Assembly: GCA_045534315.1 (NCBI GenBank)
Contig: JAZSJN010000179.1
Span: forward strand, 1 to 51,739
Reading direction: 5' to 3'
Length of the DNA: 51,739 nucleotides
Origin: Candidatus Scatosoma sp.
GTDB taxonomy: Bacteria; Bacillota; Clostridia; Christensenellales; Borkfalkiaceae
Of the stretch, positions 27,038 through 36,178 are shown one piece after another. Numbering within the stretch: position 1 is the stretch's first letter; every line of letters starts with the position of its first letter. The notes under the pieces were generated by a model. The model saw only the letters and a program-made list of their open reading frames with translations. It ran no database searches and was not told where the DNA came from. Both the position numbers and the translations under genes were made by a program.

Positions 27038-28615
27038 ATGGAAATAGGACGTATTATCAACAAACTGAGAAACGAGGCAAAATTAACACAGGCGCAATTT
27101 GCCGAAATATTCGGCGTTTCCCAACAATCCGTTCAAAAATGGGAGAGCGGGATTTCCACACCCGATTTGGAAAAAATCATCTCTATATCGAAATATTTTG
27201 ACGTGTCGCTCGACGCTCTTATCTTGGGTAACGACAACCGCGTCGTGGAAGAAATGGGCAAAAACCGTCCGCTGAAACCGCAATATCAAAATATTCACGA
27301 TTGGGAATTTTATCCCGCTGACTTAACGATCGAATACGAACAATCGCTTGCCGAAGGGTTGGACGTGGAAAGATATAAGGACGTTTTTTACGCCGTTTCT
27401 AGGCTTTCCAAAGGTGAAATTAAGAAAAAATTTGGCGACGTTTTGTTCGAAGTCGTGCGTTCGGCAAAGCAAAAAGAAGGATACTCGTACGTAGAGCCGT
27501 CCGAATTGGACAAAATTAAGGCTTTGCGAAAAAACGCCCAGCGGGTGTATAATTGTGATAAAAATGCCCTGCCCGATAAAATCTACGGGGCTTGGATGGG
27601 CAGAATTTGCGGATGTATGCTGGGAAAATCGGTCGAGGCCGCCCGCACGAACGAACTAATTCCCGTGCTGAAAAATAGTGGAAATTACCCGATGCATCGC
27701 TATATTTACAGAACGGATTTAGACGGACAAGACGTCGATAAATATACTTTCAATTTCAAGAGCAGACCGTACGCGGACGAAATCGACGGTATGCCCGCGG
27801 ATGACGATATGAATTACGTCGTGCTTGCGCAGGAAATTATCCAAGCTTGCGGAAAGGACTTTACGTCGCACGACGTTGCGGCGGCATGGTTAAAATATCA
27901 ACCGAAAGACGCCTATTGCACGGCGGAACGGGTGGCGTTTTGCAATTTTATAAAGGGGTTTGCTCCGCCCGAATCGGCAGTTTATAAAAACCCGTATCGG
28001 GAATGGATCGGCGCGCAGATCCGCGGGGATTATTTCGGATATATCAACCCTGGCAACCCCGAATTGGCGGCGGAAATGGCGTTTAGGGACGCTTCCATAT
28101 CTCATATCAAAAACGGTATTTATGGCGAAATGTTCGTATCGGCGATGCTTGCGGTGGCGGCAACGACGAACGATATCGAGCAAATTATTTTGGGCGGACT
28201 TGCGGAAATTCCCTATACGTCCAGATTGTATGAAGAAGTGATGCGCGTATTGGACGCTTACCGTGGCGGTGTTTCACAAGAAAACTGCTTTGCAATGATT
28301 CATGAAAGATACAACGAATACACCAACGATTGGTGTCATACGCACCCGAACGCAATGATTGTCGTAGCGTCGCTTTTATACGGCAAGGGGGACTATGGTA
28401 AGTCGATTTGTATGTCGGTAGAAACGGGTTTTGACACCGATTGCAACGGCGCGACGGTGGGGTCGGTTTTGGGTATGGCGAACGGGATTAAATCGATTCC
28501 CGATTATTGGACAAAACCTATTAACGATACGTTGTATACGAATATTTTCGGCCTTGACAAAGTCAAGATTTCAGAAAGAGTGCAATTGACGATGGCGCAT
28601 ATCAAAGGGAAATAA
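27038..28615 (+). CDS. XRE-type HTH domain fused to an ADP-ribosylglycohydrolase-family domain
   Basis: aa 1-65 are HTH_3 (INKLRNEAKLTQAQFAEIFGVSQQSVQKWESGISTPDLEKIISISKYFDVSLDALI). The remainder has ARH-family motifs: GAWMGRICGCMLGKSVE, PADDDMNY (the DD(D/T) metal site), and GFDTDCNGATVGSVLG (D.D(T/S) metal site). Start at ATG 27038 after GGGGTG. Confidence 0.75.
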   Translation: MEIGRIINKLRNEAKLTQAQFAEIFGVSQQSVQKWESGISTPDLEKIISISKYFDVSLDALILGNDNRVVEEMGKNRPLKPQYQNIHDWEFYPADLTIEYEQSLAEGLDVERYKDVFYAVSRLSKGEIKKKFGDVLFEVVRSAKQKEGYSYVEPSELDKIKALRKNAQRVYNCDKNALPDKIYGAWMGRICGCMLGKSVEAARTNELIPVLKNSGNYPMHRYIYRTDLDGQDVDKYTFNFKSRPYADEIDGMPADDDMNYVVLAQEIIQACGKDFTSHDVAAAWLKYQPKDAYCTAERVAFCNFIKGFAPPESAVYKNPYREWIGAQIRGDYFGYINPGNPELAAEMAFRDASISHIKNGIYGEMFVSAMLAVAATTNDIEQIILGGLAEIPYTSRLYEEVMRVLDAYRGGVSQENCFAMIHERYNEYTNDWCHTHPNAMIVVASLLYGKGDYGKSICMSVETGFDTDCNGATVGSVLGMANGIKSIPDYWTKPINDTLYTNIFGLDKVKISERVQLTMAHIKGK

Positions 28616-28648
28616 ATTTAGCGCGATAAAGCGCGTGATAGGTGAAAG

Positions 28649-29521
28649 ATGAAGAATATTTTTATTGTTGGCAGTATCAATACGGATTTTGTAATTTCCG
28701 CGCCGTATATGCCGTCGGGCGGTGAAACGGTTGCGGGCAACGGATTTTTCACGGCGCATGGGGGCAAGGGGGCAAACCAAACCGTTGCAGCGGCGCGCCT
28801 TGGCGGGAAGGTTAAAATGTGCGGATGTGTGGGTGACGATTCGTTTGGGAAAGAATCGTTGGTAGCTTTTCAAAAGGAAGGCATAGATGTTTCTGGCGTG
28901 CGGATGGTGGCGGGCGTGCCGACGGGTACGGCGGTTATCGTCGTAACGGGCGGCGAAAATAGAATTATAATCGACGCGGGAGCGAACGGCTGTTTAACCA
29001 AGGCGGATATAGACGGCTTTTTAAAGAATGCGTGCGCGGGGGATTTGTATTTGACGCAGCTAGAAAACCCGATCGACGTGATCGGTTACGGCTTGCAAAA
29101 GGCAAAGGAAAAAGGCATGTTTGTCGTGCTCAATCCTGCGCCTGCAAACGTGGGGATTATGCCGTACTTGGAATATTGTGATTGGGTTATCCCCAACGAA
29201 ACGGAGTTAGAAATCCTTGGCGGCGCGGAAAAAATTTTAGCGGAAACGTGCGCAAAACTGATTGTAACCCTTGGTGCAAAAGGGTATAAAATTGTGACGA
29301 AAGGGGACGAAAGGGTATACCCGTGTATGCAAATAACCGCCGTAGATACCACGGCGGCGGGGGATACGTTTTGCGGCGGTTTGGTGGCGCGTCTTGCTGA
29401 TGGTGATACTTTGGAAGACGCGGCGAGATTCGGCAGCAAAGCAGCGTCGATTGCTTGCACGAAAAAGGGAGCGCAACCGTCTATTCCCACCCTGCAAGAA
29501 GCGAACGATTATATAGAATAA
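28649..29521 (+). CDS. rbsK: ribokinase (PfkB family)
   Basis: VVGSIN.D, GGKGANQ, and the anion-hole/catalytic motif DTTAAGDTFCGG. 33 nt downstream of the ARH fusion gene with no terminator between. Confidence 0.85.
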   Translation: MKNIFIVGSINTDFVISAPYMPSGGETVAGNGFFTAHGGKGANQTVAAARLGGKVKMCGCVGDDSFGKESLVAFQKEGIDVSGVRMVAGVPTGTAVIVVTGGENRIIIDAGANGCLTKADIDGFLKNACAGDLYLTQLENPIDVIGYGLQKAKEKGMFVVLNPAPANVGIMPYLEYCDWVIPNETELEILGGAEKILAETCAKLIVTLGAKGYKIVTKGDERVYPCMQITAVDTTAAGDTFCGGLVARLADGDTLEDAARFGSKAASIACTKKGAQPSIPTLQEANDYIE

Positions 29522-29570
29522 ACGGAAACGTACCCCTTTGTGGTGCGTTCACTTTAGTTTCTATATTCTA

Positions 29571-29599
29571 TTGACAAGTTGTATAAGATATGATAAACT
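29571..29599 (+). promoter_or_regulatory. putative promoter of the GH78 gene
   Basis: TTGACA, a 17-nt spacer, then TAAACT with TG at -15/-14. It lacks the TGCAAT module found at the three downstream operons. Confidence 0.45.
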
Positions 29600-29636
29600 G
29601 AGTGCGTTATAATATCCTAGGAAAAGGAGAAAGGTG

Positions 29637-31736
29637 ATGTTTGATAAAAATGCAAAATGGCTTGGTTGCGGAAAAGAATTTTCCGCGCCGATCATAATTA
29701 AAACGTTCACGGCAAACAACGTTCAAAACGCCGTCATCGATATTTGCGGCTTGGGCTATTACGAGCTGTTTATCAACGGGCAAAGGGTGGGAAACGAGTT
29801 TTTTAAACCCGCCGTTTCCGATTATTCCGCACGTGATTTTACGCATTTTGCCTATCCGCTTCCCGACCGTACTTCGCACACGATTTATTATAATACGCAC
29901 GATTTGACGGCGTATTTGAAGGACGGCGAAAACGTCTTGGCGGTGCTCCTTGGAAACGGCTTTTACCGCCAAACGAAACGTTGTTGCGAGGGGAACACGT
30001 GGTTCGGCGACGAGCTATTGCTCCGTTATGAAATACGCCTGCAAGAAAACGGAAAGACGCGCAGGATTTATTCCGATGGAACGGAAACCGTCGCGCAAAG
30101 CTTTATCACGGAGAATAATCTCTTTTATGGGGAAACGCACGATTACGCGGCGTTTGATTTTGATATTTTACAAAATGGCAAGGTCGAGAAAAAGGGATTG
30201 CCCGTGCGCGTAGTCGCTGCGCCCAAAGCGAAACTGTTAAAGCAGCGTTGTAAAAACGATACCGTCCGTAAAAAGATACAACCCAAACTGATAGGGAAAA
30301 CCGCCGAAAGCGCTATTTACGACGTGGGAGAAAATATATCGGGCTTTGTCTGTTTAAAGGCGCTTTCCGCGACGGTGCGCGTACGCCACGCGGAAGAGCT
30401 CAGCGAGCAGGGCGAGTTGGATTTTTCCACGGCAGGCGGCACGTATCAAATTTCCGAAAACGTGTATAAAAACGCGCAAGGTCGTACCGTTCATCCGTGG
30501 TTTTCGTACAGCGGTTTCCGCTATTTTGAAATTTTCGGCGACGTGGAAAGCTTGGAAGTTTGGTTTATTTGCGCGGACGTAAAAGTTACGGCGGAATTTA
30601 CCTGCGGTGACGAAAATATCAATTGGCTGTTCGACGCTTTTTTGCGTACGCAGCTTGCTAATATGCATAGCGGCGTACCGTCCGATTGTCCGCACAGAGA
30701 GCGGCTGGGATATACGGGCGATGGGCAACTTGGCGCAGAAACCACGATGCTTTTGACGGATAGCCGTTCTTTTTATCAAAAATGGATACGGGACATAGCG
30801 GATTGCCAAGACGTCGACAGCGGGCACGTACAGCACACCGCGCCATTTTTTGGCGGTGGCGGCGGTCCGGGCGGTTGGGGCGGCGCAATCGTGCTCGTAC
30901 CGTACGCCTATTATCAGATGTACGGTGATAAGCGTATTTTGAAAAAGTATTATCAAAATATGTTGGCATATCTGCGTTGCATGCAAGGTTTTTGCGAAGA
31001 CGGCTTGGTGGTGAAAGAACGGAGCGGCGGTTGGTGCTTGGGGGATTGGTGTACGGTGGACAAAGTCGTGATTCCCGAACCGTTCGTTAATACTTTTTAC
31101 TACGTTCGTTGTATGGAGATCGTGCAAGAAATCGGTGGTTTGCTCGACGAGCATGATGATTTTAGTAAAGAGATTGCAAGGGCGAAATCGGCGATTGAGC
31201 GGGCGTATTTTGAACATGCTACGGGGGATTTTTGTGGCGGCGTGCAAGGCGCGAACGCATTTGCTCTGCTTATCGGGTTGGGCGACGCAAGAACGAAAGA
31301 AAATCTTGTAAAAAAATACGAAGAGTTGGGGCATTTCGATACGGGCATTTTCGGTACGGATATATTGACGGAATATCTAGCGAAAATCGGCGAAGCGCAA
31401 CTCCTTTATAACCTGCTCTCACGGGAAGAATACCCGTCCTACGGATATATGCGCGCGCAAGGCGCAACGACGCTTTGGGAAGCGTGGAATGGGGAGGGAT
31501 CGCACAATCATCCCATGTTCGGCGCTTGCATAAAACAATTGTTTTACGGGCTGCTTGGACTTAAAGCGGACGTGGGTTTCCGCAACGTTGAGATAAAGCC
31601 TAAATACGTCGACGGGATTGGGTTTATCCGCGCGAAATTAAAATTCCCGCACGGAACGTTACGGATTGAATGTCGTTATAAGGACGGAAAAGTGCAATCT
31701 GAAATCAAAGCGAGCGGCAAGATTACCGCGCAATAA
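29637..31736 (+). CDS. alpha-L-rhamnosidase (glycoside hydrolase family 78)
   Basis: N-terminus ...A.WI......AP.....F.........A...I...G.YEL.INGQRVG. Core signature SDCPHRERLGYTGDGQ, and a C-terminus with TLWE.W......S.NH..FG. Start is ATG 29637, or GTG 29634 as in the ORF track. Confidence 0.85.
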   Translation: MFDKNAKWLGCGKEFSAPIIIKTFTANNVQNAVIDICGLGYYELFINGQRVGNEFFKPAVSDYSARDFTHFAYPLPDRTSHTIYYNTHDLTAYLKDGENVLAVLLGNGFYRQTKRCCEGNTWFGDELLLRYEIRLQENGKTRRIYSDGTETVAQSFITENNLFYGETHDYAAFDFDILQNGKVEKKGLPVRVVAAPKAKLLKQRCKNDTVRKKIQPKLIGKTAESAIYDVGENISGFVCLKALSATVRVRHAEELSEQGELDFSTAGGTYQISENVYKNAQGRTVHPWFSYSGFRYFEIFGDVESLEVWFICADVKVTAEFTCGDENINWLFDAFLRTQLANMHSGVPSDCPHRERLGYTGDGQLGAETTMLLTDSRSFYQKWIRDIADCQDVDSGHVQHTAPFFGGGGGPGGWGGAIVLVPYAYYQMYGDKRILKKYYQNMLAYLRCMQGFCEDGLVVKERSGGWCLGDWCTVDKVVIPEPFVNTFYYVRCMEIVQEIGGLLDEHDDFSKEIARAKSAIERAYFEHATGDFCGGVQGANAFALLIGLGDARTKENLVKKYEELGHFDTGIFGTDILTEYLAKIGEAQLLYNLLSREEYPSYGYMRAQGATTLWEAWNGEGSHNHPMFGACIKQLFYGLLGLKADVGFRNVEIKPKYVDGIGFIRAKLKFPHGTLRIECRYKDGKVQSEIKASGKITAQ

Positions 31737-31740
31737 ACGG

Positions 31741-31804
31741 TGCAATATTACAGCATATTTTTGCAATTTTAGCGTAGTGACAAAAATGTATTTTGTGATA
31801 AAAT
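31741..31804 (+). promoter_or_regulatory. shared promoter/operator module, copy A (two TGCAAT direct repeats 21 bp apart + -35 GTGACA + -10 TAAAAT)
   Basis: TGCAATATTACAGCATATTTTTGCAATTTTAGCGTAGTGACA-16 nt-TAAAAT. It aligns position for position with 39261-39325 and 43128-43192. The first TGCAAT is 36 nt upstream of the -35 start in all three copies. Confidence 0.7.
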
Positions 31805-31838
31805 ATATGCAAAGCAAAAAGAAAATAGGTGGCAGACT

Positions 31839-32870
31839 ATGAAAAACGATTTTGGATATAAAGCGGGTAAAGTGACGAAAGCTTTTCAGCTGGACGGATA
31901 TTATCTTTGGGATTGTTCGGTGATCAAGGTTGGCGACAAATATCACATGTTCTCTTCGCGTTGGGAAGAAAAACGTGGATTTGGTTGGAACTGGGTTTTC
32001 AACAGCGAAGTCATTCATGCGGTCGCAGACAAGCCCGAAGGTCCGTACGAGTTTAAAAACGTCGTTTTGCCTCGTCGCGGTCGCGAATATTTCGATGGTA
32101 TGAACACGCACAATACCTGCATTAAGGAATACAACGGAAAATATTATCTGTATTACATGGGCACGACTTACCACGTCGATCCACCCGAGCGGGATATTGA
32201 TATTAGCGAATATTTGGCGATTGAAACGTGGAATCGAAAGCGTATTGGCTTGGCGGTTGCCGACGATATCAACGGCGAGTTTGTTCGTCGCGACACTCCG
32301 CTTTTAGAACCGCGCGATTGCAGATACTGGGATTGCACGATTACGACCAACCCATCCGTGGCGATTATGCCCGACGGTAAATCCTATATGATTTATAAAT
32401 CGCGTAGAGCGATCGGGAAACCGTTGCAGATCGGCGTTGCCGTTGCGGACAGTCCCGATGGGAAATTTGAACGGACTTCGGACGAGCCGATTTTTGATTT
32501 TAAAGACGACAATATGGCGTTGGAAGACCCGTTTATTTGGTACGACGATAAAAAGAAAAAATTCTGCGCGGTCATGAAAGACGACGTGGAAAACGGCGGC
32601 TATGGCGTGACGGGCGAATGGGGCAGCGGTTTTTATGCGGAAAGTGACGACTGCAAGACGTTCAAGGTCGGTGACACCCCCAAGGTGTATTCCCGCACGG
32701 TCGAGTGGACGGACGGCAGAGTGACGACGCAGGGGAATTTGGAGCGTCCGTGCGTCTTGTTCGACGAAAACGGCGAGCCTACGCATATCTTCTGCGCAAC
32801 GGGTGACGGCGGCAAATACCGTTTTGAAGGTACGACGTATATCGTTTGTATCAAGCTGGAAAAGAAGTAA
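31839..32870 (+). CDS. five-bladed beta-propeller glycoside hydrolase (GH43-like)
   Basis: LWDCSVIKVGDKYHMF (W-D-x-S general-base region), YYLYY.G, NPSV....DG.Y...YK, and LEDPF.W..D...Y are typical of GH43-type propellers. The subfamily cannot be assigned by eye. Confidence 0.6.
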   Translation: MKNDFGYKAGKVTKAFQLDGYYLWDCSVIKVGDKYHMFSSRWEEKRGFGWNWVFNSEVIHAVADKPEGPYEFKNVVLPRRGREYFDGMNTHNTCIKEYNGKYYLYYMGTTYHVDPPERDIDISEYLAIETWNRKRIGLAVADDINGEFVRRDTPLLEPRDCRYWDCTITTNPSVAIMPDGKSYMIYKSRRAIGKPLQIGVAVADSPDGKFERTSDEPIFDFKDDNMALEDPFIWYDDKKKKFCAVMKDDVENGGYGVTGEWGSGFYAESDDCKTFKVGDTPKVYSRTVEWTDGRVTTQGNLERPCVLFDENGEPTHIFCATGDGGKYRFEGTTYIVCIKLEKK

Positions 32871-32895
32871 AAGCGCATAAAAAGTAAAAAATAAA

Positions 32896-32935
32896 GGAGC
32901 GGCGGTTGCAAAAGCAACCGCCGCGCTCCGTTTTT
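32896..32935. terminator. bidirectional intrinsic terminator between convergent operons
   Basis: GGAGCGGCGGTTGC / aaaa / GCAACCGCCGCGCTCC followed by GTTTTT, with an A-run upstream. Confidence 0.8.
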
Positions 32936-32949
32936 ATAGAGTTTTGCTT

Positions 32950-34980
32950 TTAATAGACGATTTCAAACATAACGAAATCGTTGACCGACAAGGTCGTTGA
33001 ACATACGCCCTTTTTAAAATGGAAACGCAACTTTTTATTCTCGCCGATATTTCTAATGTATTTGGGCTTTCTCGCCGTTTTAAACGAGAATGGAATAACG
33101 TCGCTGGTCTTAGTTTCGTCGTATTGCAGATCGCACAAGGAAACGAGAGAAAGGTCGGTATCTTCAAACACCACGCATTCGATCGCCGCGCCTGCCTGGC
33201 AATCGTACTTTTTCACGATATTGTCGTTTACGATCTTCTTGAACAAAGTCTTAAATGCGTCGCGTTCGTCGTATTCGATCTCCGCCGCGCACCAAATCAC
33301 TTTGCCCTTGCCGTAAGACTGTTCGATAAACGCAGGGTAATCGGTGTTCTGCCAAGGGGGGCAGGAATGTATGGACGCAAATAAATCGTTGTTATCGGGC
33401 GGGGCATAGGGCAGAGCAACCGTTGCTTTCACGTCGCCTTTCGCGCCAGCCAAAAGGGGCAAATAATAGGTTAAGGGCAGGGGATATTCCGCGTTGAATT
33501 CGCCAAATAAATCGCCTGCGCTTTCCGTGGGGGACATATACACTCTTGCGCCGAGCTGTACCCCTGTATACGGTTCGTTTTCATACGTTTCGCCAACGAC
33601 TTTGCCGCCGAAAAATTCTTGGATTAAACGACTGTCCGATCTGCCCGAAAGATACAGCGTACCGCCGTTTTTCACGTAGTCGATTAGTTTTAACGGTTCG
33701 TCGTTGTCAAAATCTTGCAGGCAGGGCGCGATAATCATTTGATATTGAGTCAAATCGCGCATGCTGCCGTTAGAAATGACTGCCGTGGGGATATGCGCTT
33801 CAACGAGCTTTCGCACTGCGCCGATCGCGCAGGTTTTATTGTATTTATCGCCGCCTTTTTTGTCGTACATGGTCTTGCTGTCAAAGTACACAGCGACTTC
33901 CGCATACAAATTGCCCTTGGACATATAAGGTTCAAAGGGGATTTGGCGGGCAAAGGCGTTGCCGACGCGTTCGTAGACACGCTGATCCAGAGTGCCTACG
34001 GGGTCTACGGCGTCGATAATCAGCGACGCGCCGTGGTGCGCCGCGGTAAGCAAAATTTCCCGTTCCAATGTCTTTTGTGGTTTGGTAATGGTATGTTCGC
34101 GCAGGGTTTTGTCGCAACGGCAAGTCATGTATTCAAAGGGCTGGTTGTTCGTTACGCCGTAGTAATATTTTGCCGCGAAAGAATGGGAATACAAATCGCC
34201 GTAGAGATCGCCGCCCGTAAATTCACACTCGGCATTGATGCCTTCGGTCGAGCCGCCCAACCAATCACAACCGATCACGGCGGCGTAGTTAAATTCCACC
34301 GTTACTTCGGGCATTTTTTCGTTGGTATAGGCGCGCACGAAACGCACGAAATCGACCATCCAATCTTGGCGCGCTTTTACGTAACGCAGCCATACGGGGT
34401 CGTTCCAATCGGTTTTTTCGGGTAAATCATAGCCCGTTTCCGCCTTGAAATTTTTACGGCAGGCGTCGCAATGGCAAGCCACTTCCCAATAGGGCATATC
34501 AAAGAATAACCCGTCGAGATTTTTAAACTCGCGCGCCAATTCGTCGATTTGCACCTTAACGAAATCGCGATAGGTAAGGTTATTTGGACAGCAAAGCCCA
34601 TACCGCTGACCGTGATCTCGCCACGTCGTACCGTCCGCGTACAGCATTTCCCATTCGGGGTGGTTTTCGATTGCCCAATTGTTGAAGATCAAGCTGTAAT
34701 ACCCGACGACTTTCATACCGCCGTCCTTGCATTTTTTAATCAGCTTTTTGATCTCGTTTTCGCCTTCCAAAAAACGTTTGTGCGTGCGCGCAGTTTCGGT
34801 GGGATAATTGCAAAGTCCTACGTGCGATTGCAGATAAATCATCGGGCTTTGGATTTTTGCGCGTAACAAATTTTCGTAATATTCGTCCGCGTTAAACTTC
34901 GACAAAAACCGATCGTCGCAATCGTGAATATGCATATCCGTCAATTGCCGACGATATACGCCTTCATACCATTTTTTCAT
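32950..34980 (-). CDS. distant GH42-like TIM-barrel glycoside hydrolase with C-terminal trimerisation-like domain
   Basis: 676 aa. Contains DMPYWEVACHCDACRKNF..ETGYDLP, a Cys cluster and F..W..Y-type context as in GH42 beta-galactosidases, then a Rossmann-like block (AVYFD......YQMIIAP......E...L..YV.NGG.L). ATGA overlap with the upstream gene. Confidence 0.5.
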   Translation of the reverse strand: MKKWYEGVYRRQLTDMHIHDCDDRFLSKFNADEYYENLLRAKIQSPMIYLQSHVGLCNYPTETARTHKRFLEGENEIKKLIKKCKDGGMKVVGYYSLIFNNWAIENHPEWEMLYADGTTWRDHGQRYGLCCPNNLTYRDFVKVQIDELAREFKNLDGLFFDMPYWEVACHCDACRKNFKAETGYDLPEKTDWNDPVWLRYVKARQDWMVDFVRFVRAYTNEKMPEVTVEFNYAAVIGCDWLGGSTEGINAECEFTGGDLYGDLYSHSFAAKYYYGVTNNQPFEYMTCRCDKTLREHTITKPQKTLEREILLTAAHHGASLIIDAVDPVGTLDQRVYERVGNAFARQIPFEPYMSKGNLYAEVAVYFDSKTMYDKKGGDKYNKTCAIGAVRKLVEAHIPTAVISNGSMRDLTQYQMIIAPCLQDFDNDEPLKLIDYVKNGGTLYLSGRSDSRLIQEFFGGKVVGETYENEPYTGVQLGARVYMSPTESAGDLFGEFNAEYPLPLTYYLPLLAGAKGDVKATVALPYAPPDNNDLFASIHSCPPWQNTDYPAFIEQSYGKGKVIWCAAEIEYDERDAFKTLFKKIVNDNIVKKYDCQAGAAIECVVFEDTDLSLVSLCDLQYDETKTSDVIPFSFKTARKPKYIRNIGENKKLRFHFKKGVCSTTLSVNDFVMFEIVY

Positions 34981-36170
34981 TTGTTCAGTTTCTCCAAATC
35001 GGGATTTTCTGCAAAATGTTTCAGCATGACGATAGGATCGCTTTCGCTAAGGTTTTCAATGACAACGCCTTTCTTTGCCGCGTCTGCGCTGACAAAATAT
35101 TCGTCGTGGGTGAGCTGACCGTAGCGGATCAGCGCAGGCGTTTCGATCACGTGCCCGCCGAACGTGCCGTGACCTTGCAACATGATCATACCGTATGCCG
35201 CGCCGTCCTTGATCGTAACTTTCTGACCGGGATATACGGTAAGGCGTTTTGCGCAAGCCAGCTTGCTCTTATAGCACACCCATTCTTCCTTGTGCGCGCT
35301 GTCTTCGTGATCGACAATCGGGCGCATGAAACGGTTTTTCTTGAAGTCGGGGTCGACGTTTAAATCCCAATCGATTACGTCCATCAGATAATCGAAGTTG
35401 CCCTTTTCTTCTTCGGGACAGTTCTTCCAAAGCAGGTCTTCCGAAACGCATTGACCGCCGTAAAGAACCGATTGATACATTGCGTATACGTCGGACGCAA
35501 ATTGCGGTTCGTACGTACAAAGGCTAGCGGGTGCGTGCAAAACTCCGGGGGGGACGTCCCAACCCGTGTCGAGTTCGATCTTGTACGCCTGCGAATAATC
35601 GAGTAAATGATTGTCGCCTTTATGGAAGTTTTCAAGGCATTTTTTGATTTCTTCTTTCGTACATTCGGGATTAAGACCGAAGAACGTGAAAGGGAATTCG
35701 CCGCCGTGGTTATTCACCTGTGCGGGGAAGAAATACATTTCGGGTTTACCTTCCGCGCCCACGCGTTTTGCGTGTTCGTCGCGGTGGTGGATATGGTGGG
35801 GCAAAGGACCTGCGTTGTCGAAGAATTTCGAGAACATAGGCCACTTGTGATATTTATCCCACAGGTCGCCGATCACCTGTTCTTTTAATTCGTCCACGAC
35901 GTCGCGAAGCAGCATCTGCTCGCTGCCGTCTTTAGAAACGACGTAGGAAAGCCCTTCGTCATCGGGGGTTGCAGGACCGTTCTCTGCCCAAGTGGTGGAG
36001 GCGAACCATCTTTCGTCGATGCCCCCTCTTTCCAAGCCCAACACGTAATAATCGTCGGGGTGCAGCTTGATACGCTTGCCGGGGCGGCAGAACGATCTGG
36101 GTACCCACGTGGGTTTCAAACGCAAAATGCCGTTGCCTTCTTTAAACAATTTTTCGCTGAGTTTCATCAT
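34977..36170 (-). CDS. cupin-fold sugar isomerase-like protein (type I phosphomannose-isomerase-like)
   Basis: 397 aa. The N-terminus ...L.PTWVPR.F..PG.R..L......LG..RGGI.ERW..ST and HHIHHRDEHA (a His-rich metal site) are typical of PMI-like cupins. The exact family is not verified. Confidence 0.5.
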   Translation of the reverse strand: MMKLSEKLFKEGNGILRLKPTWVPRSFCRPGKRIKLHPDDYYVLGLERGGIDERWFASTTWAENGPATPDDEGLSYVVSKDGSEQMLLRDVVDELKEQVIGDLWDKYHKWPMFSKFFDNAGPLPHHIHHRDEHAKRVGAEGKPEMYFFPAQVNNHGGEFPFTFFGLNPECTKEEIKKCLENFHKGDNHLLDYSQAYKIELDTGWDVPPGVLHAPASLCTYEPQFASDVYAMYQSVLYGGQCVSEDLLWKNCPEEEKGNFDYLMDVIDWDLNVDPDFKKNRFMRPIVDHEDSAHKEEWVCYKSKLACAKRLTVYPGQKVTIKDGAAYGMIMLQGHGTFGGHVIETPALIRYGQLTHDEYFVSADAAKKGVVIENLSESDPIVMLKHFAENPDLEKLNK

Positions 36171-36178
36171 TGTTCTCC

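Noticed and set aside
25564-29521. A possible genomic island integrated at tRNA-Leu, since housekeeping genes stop and accessory genes start exactly at the tRNA.
   Set aside because: I saw no integrase, recombinase, excisionase or phage/plasmid genes, and no direct repeat of the tRNA 3' end downstream. The boundary may simply reflect genome organisation. A whole-genome comparison would be needed.
29637-31736. The GH78 rhamnosidase as a member of the TGCAAT-module regulon.
   Set aside because: Its upstream region (29522-29636) has an ordinary TTGACA-17-TAAACT promoter and no TGCAAT repeats, so the sequence does not support co-regulation. Functional linkage remains possible.
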